Of a stretch of 32,000 nt of DNA, positions 1 to 6,961 are shown piece by piece. Each line of letters begins with the position of its first letter. Position 1 is the stretch's first letter. Origin of the DNA: Patescibacteria group bacterium (GTDB taxonomy: Bacteria > Patescibacteriota > Gracilibacteria > UBA1369 > PNNO01); NCBI GenBank assembly GCA_042568575.1, contig JBHPIO010000011.1:1-32000 (forward strand), in the 5' to 3' direction. The translations under genes were made by a program, and so were the position numbers. The notes under the pieces are model-generated. The model ran no database searches, was not told the DNA's origin, and worked only from the letters and a program-made list of their open reading frames with translations.

Positions 1-422
1 GACATTTAATTGGAGCGGCTCTAGCTACAATAGTGCTTGGTCCGTTTTCCGGAGTTTTAATTATTTCTGCAGTTCTGGTTTTGCAGGCTTTCCTGTTTGG
101 CGACGGAGGGATTATGGCTTTAGGATCAAATATTATCAATATGGCCATAGTGGCGTCCTTTGTGGCTTACTTTGTTTTTGATAAACTTTTCAGTCTTCCC
201 AAGAAAGTCTCGTTGAAATTTTTTGTTGGAATATTTGTTGCAGCATGGCTTTCTGTGATAGCAGCCTCAACTGTGTGTTCGATTGAATTAATTATAAGCG
301 GACATGGAGGCGTCGAAATTCTCACTTCAATGAACCTTGTTCACGCGCTTATCGGAATTGGAGAAGGAATAATCACTATACTCATCATTGCGCTGTTTTT
401 CCCAAGGCTTTTAAGATCGTAA
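1..422 (+). CDS. cbiM: CbiM/NikM-type ECF cobalt/nickel transporter substrate-capture subunit (5'-partial)
   Basis: The frame is open from base 3 (HLIGAALATIVLGPFSGVLIISAVLVLQAFLFGDGGIMALGSNIINMAIV...). The protein is multi-TM and resembles CbiM/NikM as I remember it. The GTG at 33 in the ORF track is internal; the true N-terminus lies upstream of the window. Confidence 0.75.
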   Translation, partial: HLIGAALATIVLGPFSGVLIISAVLVLQAFLFGDGGIMALGSNIINMAIVASFVAYFVFDKLFSLPKKVSLKFFVGIFVAAWLSVIAASTVCSIELIISGHGGVEILTSMNLVHALIGIGEGIITILIIALFFPRLLRS

Positions 423-434
423 TTTTTTAGAAAT

Positions 435-719
435 ATGCAGAAAAAGAAACTTATCATACTACTTATTTTATCCGTTTTTATAGGACTTGCGTTATCGTTT
501 TTTGCGTCCCCTTCTCCGGATGGACTTGAGCGCATAGCGGAAAATCACTGTTTTATTGAAAGCGCAATAAGCTTTTGGAATGGACTTATGCCGGATTACA
601 CATTCCTAGGGATAGAAAATGAGTGGCTTGCTGTTGGTCTCGCCGGCTTAATTGGAACCATGGCGACATTTTTAGTTTTGTACGGACTTACGTTTGTATT
701 CGTAAAAGTTCAGAAATAG
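435..719 (+). CDS. PDGLE-domain small membrane protein (CbiM-associated accessory component)
   Basis: 94 aa with N- and C-terminal hydrophobic helices and the literal motif SPSPDGLERIAE, the name-giving PDGLE motif. It starts 12 nt after the cbiM stop. Confidence 0.6.
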   Translation: MQKKKLIILLILSVFIGLALSFFASPSPDGLERIAENHCFIESAISFWNGLMPDYTFLGIENEWLAVGLAGLIGTMATFLVLYGLTFVFVKVQK

Positions 720-734
720 GAAAAAGAATTTCTA

Positions 735-763
735 TTTCGCCAAAAATGCATTTTGAGTATAAT
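735..763 (+). promoter_or_regulatory. Candidate sigma70-type promoter for the split tRNA gene
   Basis: Perfect TATAAT at 758-763 with TG at 754-755 and a weak -35 TTTCGC at 735-740 (17-nt spacer). It lies about 27 nt upstream of the tRNA 5' end. Confidence 0.3.
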
Positions 764-823
764 GCCTTTAGTTTGTTCATTTACAATCAGGGCCTGTAGC
801 TCAGTTGGTCAGAGCAGTCGGCT

Positions 824-1428
824 TGAAGACCTTAAGCTAAGTTATGCTGTGGATTATGCAGTTCAGTGTGGCAATTGTGGCAAAGAAGAATACACTTTTT
901 AAGTTCTCTTTCTATTGCTGAATATTTTCGATTAGATAAAGATCTTAAATCTAATTTGAATTCTTTCTTTTTTGGATCTTGATGATGGAAAGTTAACGCA
1001 GAAAGATTCTTTTTATAACCACATATACCGCATTTACCTCCTAATTCTTGTACAATCCTCTTCTTTCTTCTTAATCCCCTCTCTTGTTGGGCATCATAAG
1101 ATTGATGAGCCTTATTCTTACAAGAAATAGAACAGAACATTTTCTGTTTGCCAATTAACTCCTTTCCACAAATCGTACAGTTTATGACCTTATTCATAAC
1201 TGTATAATAACATAATACGCTTAAGCGTCACAGGGCTGCTTGCGAAGTAATTCGCAAGTGATAACTTATCAAATTCGGGGAAGCCTAAATCTATTAAAGA
1301 TACGGTAATCCCGAGCCAAGCTCACATAAGTGAGAAGGTGTAGAGACTAGACGGTAAGCATCCTAACAGGATGAAGGGATAGTCCAGCTCACAAACCCGA
1401 AAGGGGCCATGAAAATGGTAGCGAGATG
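824..1428 (+). mobile_element. Group I intron (IC3-like, Azoarcus tRNA-Ile type) with a large P1-loop insertion
   Basis: The internal guide GGCTG (1234-1238) pairs with exon CGGCT (819-823), giving a U823-G1234 wobble at the splice site. It is followed directly by the P2 hairpin CTTGCGAA-GTAA-TTCGCAAG (1239-1258, GNRA loop). Core strings TCAAATTCGGGGAAGCCTAA (1269-1288), CCGAGCCAAGC (1311-1321) and GAAGGTGTAGAGACTAGACGG (1334-1354) are near-identical to the Azoarcus ribozyme core from memory. The intron ends in G1428. A stem between 828-837 and 1219-1229 closes the insertion. Confidence 0.85.
832..1197 (-). CDS. HNH (His-Me finger) homing-type endonuclease, encoded antisense to the intron
   Basis: 121 aa with CTICG and CGICG zinc-knuckle pairs, FHHQD, and a C-terminal LLCHNCHTELHN HNH signature. 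The whole ORF lies inside the intron L1 insertion but on the opposite strand. Confidence 0.8.
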   Translation of the reverse strand: MNKVINCTICGKELIGKQKMFCSISCKNKAHQSYDAQQERGLRRKKRIVQELGGKCGICGYKKNLSALTFHHQDPKKKEFKLDLRSLSNRKYSAIERELKKCILLCHNCHTELHNPQHNLA

Positions 1429-1542
1429 CATAACCGATTTGTCGCTGGTTCAAGTCCAGCCAGGCCCACCAAACGCTTTAGTATGCGAAAAACACACTCA
1501 AAAACTCTACATTGTTATTCAAAACCTTCTTTTTTAGGAGGT

Positions 1543-1686
1543 ATGTCTCGTATACTTGATATTGGATGCACCATTCGAAATGGTGCTTTATACGATTCGC
1601 CTATAGAAGCCGATGCAAAAGCGATATACAGTGATTGGAGAGCAGTTGGTGAAGATATATCCTTTAGTATGAAAGAAATCTGTTAA
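1543..1686 (+). CDS. Small hypothetical protein (47 aa)
   Basis: ATG at 1543 is preceded by AGGAGG (1536-1541), although the spacing is very short. The upstream part of track ORF 1426..1686 overlaps the tRNA 3' exon and is discarded. No family recognised. Confidence 0.3.
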   Translation: MSRILDIGCTIRNGALYDSPIEADAKAIYSDWRAVGEDISFSMKEIC

Positions 1687-1689
1687 ATA

Positions 1690-1709
1690 GTGGTCGTTGA
1701 GCTCCACCA
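1690..1709 (+). repeat. tRNA-3'-end-like element, copy A (GTGGTCGTTGAGCTCCACCA)
   Basis: 18/20 identical to copy C, same orientation, ends in CCACCA. It begins 3 nt after the stop of the small ORF. Confidence 0.6.
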
Positions 1710-1856
1710 AAAACACAGCAAAGGTCTATTCTATGTGGAGTTATTGACTTTTATCTTGTTCCAATCCAGCAATATTAGTACCATTCCACAAAATACGGAG
1801 TTCACGAAAATTCTCTGTTTAAAGCACAGATTTATTGATAAAATTGTGGTGTAATT

Positions 1857-2645
1857 ATGATCTGTTTGATGAGAAACAATATATTGTTTAAAATACTTTG
1901 CGTTCTTTTGTTTGTTCTGATTGCACTTGGAATAGCAGATTACTGCATATTGGATAGTTTTTGGCTAACAGATTATATTCGAGGCTCTTTTACTGAGACT
2001 ATAGGGATTCTTATTACGTTAATATTTGTTGAACGAATAGTAGCTTCACAGCGCAATAAGGAAGAAAAAAACGGTGAAAAGAAACAAATAAGAAGACTAA
2101 ACAAAATCCTAAAACCAGAGTTAAAAAGGGTACTTCAATATGCAAGCTTCATGACAACTAAAGATGGAGAACAAAACTATACGATTACAAAGAATTTTCA
2201 ATTTAACCGCTTAGCGAATTTTCATATCCCAGCACTTTCAGTATTTGATGCTCCAGAAAGATCATTTAAGCTAATGTTTCAAAGCATTGAAATAAATCTT
2301 ACAACTATTCGCGAGGCACTTTTAAACCTAGAATTTAAATATTACCCAAATCTAGAGAGATTGCTTTTAGGTTATATAGATTCTATGAGCAAGGGAAACC
2401 CACTGAACTTTTTATCTTGCTTAGAACATAATAAAGGATTCCCTGAGAGTATAAAAAAGATGATCTCCGAAGTACCAGATGATGTAGTGCCTACATATGA
2501 GGAATATAAGCCTGATATTTATGAGGGCAAATCGGCAAATATTATGACCTCAATAATAAGGCTGTATGAAATCATAAACTTTCATATAGAATTTGAGCAT
2601 GAATACTCTGAACAGGTATCTGACCTTTTAATAGAAAAGAGATAA
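1857..2645 (+). CDS. Hypothetical membrane-anchored protein (two N-terminal TM helices plus about 190-aa soluble domain)
   Basis: Long ORF. Hydrophobic segments are ILFKILCVLLFVLIALGIA and ETIGILITLIFVERIV, followed by a charged linker (KEEKNGEKKQIRR). No family recognised. The start could also be the ATG at 1872. Confidence 0.5.
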   Translation: MICLMRNNILFKILCVLLFVLIALGIADYCILDSFWLTDYIRGSFTETIGILITLIFVERIVASQRNKEEKNGEKKQIRRLNKILKPELKRVLQYASFMTTKDGEQNYTITKNFQFNRLANFHIPALSVFDAPERSFKLMFQSIEINLTTIREALLNLEFKYYPNLERLLLGYIDSMSKGNPLNFLSCLEHNKGFPESIKKMISEVPDDVVPTYEEYKPDIYEGKSANIMTSIIRLYEIINFHIEFEHEYSEQVSDLLIEKR

Positions 2646-2694
2646 AGCGAACTCATCATAAATAGACGCCTATTATCCGTCGATTAATAATTCA

Positions 2695-3645
2695 CTACTT
2701 CTTCAATACACGAAGCAGGGTTTTTACTACCGCTTTGGGCTTATCGATTTCTGATAAAGATTTGAAAACTTTGGGGGTAATTACTTTTCTAATTTGATCT
2801 TCAGGAACCGGATTCCCTGCTTCCTTAGCTTCCTCTACTACAGCCTCAACGAATGCATCGTATGGACCAGCTTCTTGAGAAACCAATTCTATGTTTACTA
2901 TACACTCATTTGGATCAAGTTCAGACTGAGCCATATCCACTTTGCATTCTTCCAATAGATTATTGAGTAAGCTTAATACAAAGGGGTAGTATGGTTGCTC
3001 ATCAGGATTTCCGTCTGTTCTTTCTAAATCGATATCTTTCCCATATTCTGATGCTGGAAGTTTTGGCCACCTAGCCGGATCTTCTCCAAAGTCCCCAGTT
3101 ATATTCATTAGCCATTTGTAGTCTGTTCTTGATGTTCTATCTGCTTCGTTTCGATATTCACGATCTCTCAGTAATCCAACCTGACCAAAAACTTCTGCAT
3201 TCTTCTTCCCGCGATATCTAAGACTTCCTTTAAAGGACTTTACTAGCAACCATTCTCCATCCTGATAGCCCTCCATTCCAATATGTGGTTGTTTCCTAGG
3301 ATCTCCACCTCTAAAATTCGACTGATAGTACCAAATCCGCTCCAGCTCCTTCTCTTTCTCCTCAGTAGCCTCTTCCGGAGCCATAGTTTTTATATTAGCC
3401 AAAGTAGCAGATACAACTGCATCTATTGAAGCATTTTCAGCTGGAATATCACTCAGCAATGGAGAAATTCCATTTAGCAGAGCTCTTTCTTGTTCGGTTA
3501 GTTCTTCTGAAGCAGCAAGCTTGTCTTTCAATCTCGACAGAACCTGCACCAATTGATCGAGCTGGTGTTCTTGCCCTTCAGGTGGCTGATCTATATGACG
3601 CGAATCGTCATCAACGTCCATGTTATACAGGATTAAGTACGTCAA
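2695..3645 (-). CDS. Hypothetical acidic protein (316 aa)
   Basis: Uninterrupted 951-nt ORF with a non-repetitive, plausible soluble composition. No motif recognised. Confidence 0.5.
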   Translation of the reverse strand: MTYLILYNMDVDDDSRHIDQPPEGQEHQLDQLVQVLSRLKDKLAASEELTEQERALLNGISPLLSDIPAENASIDAVVSATLANIKTMAPEEATEEKEKELERIWYYQSNFRGGDPRKQPHIGMEGYQDGEWLLVKSFKGSLRYRGKKNAEVFGQVGLLRDREYRNEADRTSRTDYKWLMNITGDFGEDPARWPKLPASEYGKDIDLERTDGNPDEQPYYPFVLSLLNNLLEECKVDMAQSELDPNECIVNIELVSQEAGPYDAFVEAVVEEAKEAGNPVPEDQIRKVITPKVFKSLSEIDKPKAVVKTLLRVLKK

Positions 3646-3776
3646 TATTATAGCATAATTTTACATTTTGTGACAATTTAGGTTGCAAGGGAATTCAGTA
3701 ACTCCTTACATTGTGATAAACTAGTGTTTCCTAAATAACTCTTGATATTCACAATCACTCTCTCAACAAACCCACT

Positions 3777-3825
3777 CACAACCTTGTTGTCACTCGGTTC
3801 AATCCGTGGTCGTCCAGGCCCACCA
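3777..3825 (+). repeat. tRNA-Ile 3'-half-like fragment, copy B (att-like or pseudo-tRNA 3' half)
   Basis: CACAACCTTGTTGTCACTCGGTTCAATCCGTGGTCGTCCAGGCCCACCA aligns by eye with the whole tRNA-Ile 3' exon (CATAACCGATTTGTCGCTGGTTCAAGTCCAGCCAGGCCCACCA). The last 12 nt, CCAGGCCCACCA, are identical. It contains the GTGGTCGT...CCCACCA core shared with copies A and C. Confidence 0.65.
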
Positions 3826-3862
3826 GACAAGGAATTACTTAGATGTCATTTAAATATATAAA

Positions 3863-4771
3863 ATGGAAAAAAAGGAGCCATGGCTTCCTATCGAAGTAGT
3901 TTCATCATTGGTACGATCATTAGATCAAGGGGTTGATATTCTTACTATCGTCAATGAATATACAACGAATTTTACGAATCTTGATATTCTACGAGCATTA
4001 AGGAGAATGAAAGTTGATTCAGTTATAGAATTTAAAACCATGGATGAATACGTAACCTTTATGTGCACTTTAAATACAATAAATGATCCTCCAATAGATC
4101 CAGAAAATATTAGTATTAGAGATGCTTCGCATGATGATTTGGAAGAAATTGAGGAAATATACAAACTTTCAAGGGCTGACATCCACGATTTACCTGCATT
4201 TAGACGAAAAGGTGGGATTTTTAATCCTTTAAGCGAAGAGGATCTTCAAGGAAATCTAACTCACCCAAATTATAAATTACGTGTTTTAGAAGGTGAAGGA
4301 AAGATAATAGCTGCGACCGATTTTTTATTACCTCCAGGTAATGGTGAACTGGACAACATATACTTTGATTCAGCATTCGATCCTGTTTTTCTTGCAAAAG
4401 TTGAATCACGCTTAAGAGATTTTGTTTTAAAAAATATTGGAAAAATAACATGGATTCATGATTTAATAGTTCATCCAGATTACAAATCTTTGGTGGGAGC
4501 CATTTTTATGCAGAAAACGTTGAGGGCAATGTATGAAGAGTTTGGACTTGAATATGCTATGTCGGAAGTATGGGGCTTTTATCAAGGTGAAAAACCATAT
4601 GGAGAATTGTATTATAATATTCCTTCTACTTCTTTGCTTTTATTCAAAATAGGAGGATGTAGATTTGATGCTGTTGAAGAAAAAGTGCAAATTGATGATG
4701 TGGATTTAAACTTAGAAAGATATCCTTATTTATTTGATATCAAAAGATTAATTTCACAGGGGGGAATATAA
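3863..4771 (+). CDS. Hypothetical protein with a possible C-terminal GNAT-like acyltransferase fold and an about 80-aa N-terminal domain
   Basis: 302-aa ORF. The region ISIRDASHDDLEEIEEIY ... WIHDLIVHPDYKSLVGAIFMQKTLRAMYEEFGLEYAMSEV ... NIPSTSLLLFKIGG has GNAT-like beta4-alpha3-beta5-alpha4 spacing, but motif A is degenerate. Confidence 0.4.
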   Translation: MEKKEPWLPIEVVSSLVRSLDQGVDILTIVNEYTTNFTNLDILRALRRMKVDSVIEFKTMDEYVTFMCTLNTINDPPIDPENISIRDASHDDLEEIEEIYKLSRADIHDLPAFRRKGGIFNPLSEEDLQGNLTHPNYKLRVLEGEGKIIAATDFLLPPGNGELDNIYFDSAFDPVFLAKVESRLRDFVLKNIGKITWIHDLIVHPDYKSLVGAIFMQKTLRAMYEEFGLEYAMSEVWGFYQGEKPYGELYYNIPSTSLLLFKIGGCRFDAVEEKVQIDDVDLNLERYPYLFDIKRLISQGGI

Positions 4772-4790
4772 ATGTTTATATGTTTGTTCT

Positions 4791-4814
4791 ATCCGTGGTC
4801 GTTGAGGCCCACCA
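4791..4814 (+). repeat. tRNA-3'-end-like element, copy C (ATCCGTGGTCGTTGAGGCCCACCA)
   Basis: 22/24 identical to the corresponding part of copy B and 18/20 to copy A. Same orientation. It lies 19 nt after the stop of ORF 3863..4771. Confidence 0.6.
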
Positions 4815-4926
4815 ATTCAATTAAGCATGCTACGAAGAAGGAGCAAAGCGATGCTTATACATGCGTATGAACGAAGTGAATCGGATGGATAAATACGACG
4901 GAGTGCCTGACTAAGTAGGATGATGA

Positions 4927-6222
4927 TTAATCTCGAAGCCGAAGGCTGAGAGGCCCAGTACTATCCCAATCAGTCCTACTATCTTCATAAGCCGTAATAT
5001 CACTGGAATCTCCAAGTTCACATTCTTGATAATCTGCATCTGTATATTCTGGAAATGGTTGCCAATCTTCTTTGGTACATAATTGAACTTCATCGTCGAC
5101 TATTATGGCTTCTTTAGGCAATATTGACTCAACATCTCCATATTCATACTTAGGATACAGATTCATTATAGTTTCAATTCTCTCAGCAAAATCATCACTT
5201 GGTTCTGGTATTAAAGCTGCACCATTAGTATCAATAACTTCACGAACTTTTTCTGCTACAGCTTGATTTTGTTGTTGGATACTTGGTCTATACGTACGTT
5301 GAGCATGATCACGTGCTTCCCTTGTACGCCTACTTCTCGAAAACATTCCTAAGCGGTCATAATGAAGAGATTGACCAGTTCCGATTTCCAAATCCCTCTC
5401 TAATGAAGCAATAAACAGCATTGTATATAAATCATATTTGTAAGCTTCTGCTTCCACCTCATGAACAATCTGATTCCCGGAACGAATAGAATCATATGTT
5501 CTTTCAGGATCCCCAGGATAAGAACTAGTTATCCTATTTTCCCCAACTACTCTATCAATTCCACCTATCTCTGCAGGTGTTTTTTGAGCCACATAAACTG
5601 CCAAGTCATTCCAAAACTCATTTTTATTCATACTGCCACCTAGCGTTTCCATATTGTGTTTTTCATGTTTTTCGTTTCCAATCCAAAAAGTCATGTCACG
5701 CACCTTTAATTTGCATCGTGATTCTCTTAAGAACTCCATATATGGCTCAAATTCACTGGATCCAGCCTCAATCAAACTTCCAATTATTCTCATTCTTCTT
5801 TCAATAAACTCTAAAGCTCTCGGATAATCGGTATGAATATAACTTTCGTGTTCCTGTGGCATATAAAGACCCTCGGCAATTCGTTGTTTTAATAGAGTAC
5901 CAAAGATTTCACTTCTAAAATCTCCTTCACCATAGAGTAGCTCCCATTGCCATAGTTCTGATGCCGTCTCAACAATTTCTCTAGCCTGATCTGGGCTATC
6001 TACAAGTGCTTCTTTAATTAAATATATATAAGCTTGCTTCAGTTCATCCATTCTAGTCAGATTTTCTTCTCGCTGAGCATTGCTTATTCGATCCCTTCCT
6101 TTTAGCATCTGCTGGGCATGTAATTCACCAAATTCTGCCGAAAGTCGCGTCAACTCTTGCAACTCCGGAAACTCAAATTTTTCACCAGCTTGTTCTGACA
6201 TGCTTAACCTTTTAAGAGGCAC
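4927..6222 (-). CDS. Hypothetical protein (431 aa)
   Basis: Uninterrupted 1296-nt ORF with ordinary soluble composition. No motif recognised. The nested ORF 4911..5093 and the plus-strand ORFs inside it are treated as shadows. Confidence 0.5.
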   Translation of the reverse strand: MPLKRLSMSEQAGEKFEFPELQELTRLSAEFGELHAQQMLKGRDRISNAQREENLTRMDELKQAYIYLIKEALVDSPDQAREIVETASELWQWELLYGEGDFRSEIFGTLLKQRIAEGLYMPQEHESYIHTDYPRALEFIERRMRIIGSLIEAGSSEFEPYMEFLRESRCKLKVRDMTFWIGNEKHEKHNMETLGGSMNKNEFWNDLAVYVAQKTPAEIGGIDRVVGENRITSSYPGDPERTYDSIRSGNQIVHEVEAEAYKYDLYTMLFIASLERDLEIGTGQSLHYDRLGMFSRSRRTREARDHAQRTYRPSIQQQNQAVAEKVREVIDTNGAALIPEPSDDFAERIETIMNLYPKYEYGDVESILPKEAIIVDDEVQLCTKEDWQPFPEYTDADYQECELGDSSDITAYEDSRTDWDSTGPLSLRLRD

Positions 6223-6298
6223 GAATATAACTGTTTATTTTGTTTTTGTCAAAACAGTCGTAAAACAATCTCCAATATGTTACATTTTTTCTACTCGC

Positions 6299-6375
6299 GG
6301 GGCATTAGCTCAGTTGGCTAGAGCGCTACGCTGGCAGCGTAGAGGCCACCGGTTCAAGCCCGGTATGCTCCACCA
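6299..6375 (+). tRNA. tRNA-Ala(GGC)
   Basis: GGGGCAT TA GCTC AGTTGGCTA GAGC G CTACG CTGGCAG CGTAG AGGCC ACCGG TTCAAGC CCGGT ATGCTCC A CCA. It has the G3-U70 alanine identity pair, anticodon GGC and encoded CCA. Confidence 0.9.
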
Positions 6376-6418
6376 TTGTAATATGATATAGTTTTAGAGG
6401 CGCATTAATAGTTTAAAA

Positions 6419-6931
6419 ATGCTCGATCTCATCATCTCTTCTCTCTATTTTATTCTTCCGGCATATGTCGCAAATATGTGTCCGGTGATTTTTGGCAAAC
6501 TTAAATTCCCTTTTGGGAAGCCGATTAGCAAGAAACTTTTTGGTGCGCATAAGACGTATCGTGGCATTTATGTCGCTTATTTTGGCGCGCTTTTAACGTT
6601 ATTCATTCAACAAAAACTCGCGCTAACAGAAATCAGTCTCCTAGATTACGGTACGATTAATCTTTGGCTTTACGCGTTCCTTTTTGGAATTGGAGCAATT
6701 GTCGGCGATCTCGTAAAATCGTATATTAAAAGACGAATAAATATTAAACCTGGTGATCCGTGGATTCCTTTTGATCAACTTGATTTTATTGTTGGAGCAC
6801 TTCTGTTTCTGGCTCCTCTTTATGTTCCTTCATGGGAAGTTATCCTGGTAATAGTTATTGCAACTCCCCTTCTCCATCTTCTAACAAACGTACTTGGATA
6901 CGTTTTGAGGATCAAAAAAGTCTGGTGGTAA
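6419..6931 (+). CDS. CDP-archaeol synthase (CarS/DUF46)-like CTP-transferase membrane protein
   Basis: 170 aa, multi-TM. MLDLI...LPAYVANM..., GAHKTYRG, GDLVKSYIKRR, PFDQLDF and TPLLHLLTNVLGYVLRIKKVWW line up with the archaeal CarS pattern as I remember it (GDxxxSFIKRR, DQL, TPxLH). Confidence 0.65.
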   Translation: MLDLIISSLYFILPAYVANMCPVIFGKLKFPFGKPISKKLFGAHKTYRGIYVAYFGALLTLFIQQKLALTEISLLDYGTINLWLYAFLFGIGAIVGDLVKSYIKRRINIKPGDPWIPFDQLDFIVGALLFLAPLYVPSWEVILVIVIATPLLHLLTNVLGYVLRIKKVWW

Positions 6932-6961
6932 ATTAGGCGGGAAGCGGGAGAGAGCGAGGGG

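Larger units (their letters stand above)
790..1471 (+). tRNA. tRNA-Ile(CAU, lysidine type; elongator Met not excluded) interrupted by a group I intron in the anticodon loop
   Basis: 5' exon 790-823: GGGCCTG TA GCTC AGTTGGTCA GAGC A GTCGG CT. 3' exon 1429-1471: CATAA CCGAT TTGTC GCTGG TTCAAGT CCAGC CAGGCCC A CCA. The joined exons give a canonical 77-nt cloverleaf with a 7-bp acceptor stem, anticodon loop CT-CAT-AA and encoded CCA. The G1-C72 pair argues against an initiator. The T-arm and acceptor closely resemble E. coli tRNA-Ile2 as I recall it. Confidence 0.85.

Noticed and set aside
1426-1542. 5' portion of track ORF 1426..1686 (MHNRFVAGSSPARPTKRF...)
   Set aside because: It is the translation of the tRNA-Ile 3' exon and its trailer. 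Only the distal part, from the ATG at 1543, is kept, and only as a low-confidence small ORF.
4819-4860. AAGCAT ... ATGCTT inverted repeat downstream of repeat copy C as a small RNA or terminator
   Set aside because: It forms only a 6-bp stem around a 22-nt loop, with no T-run and no conserved partner in the window. The evidence is insufficient.
6080-6391. 103-aa plus-strand ORF spanning the 4927..6222 gene start and tRNA-Ala
   Set aside because: Its C-terminal third is simply the tRNA-Ala sequence read as protein (GALAQLARALRWQRRGHRFKPGMLHH). The rest is antisense to a long, better ORF.
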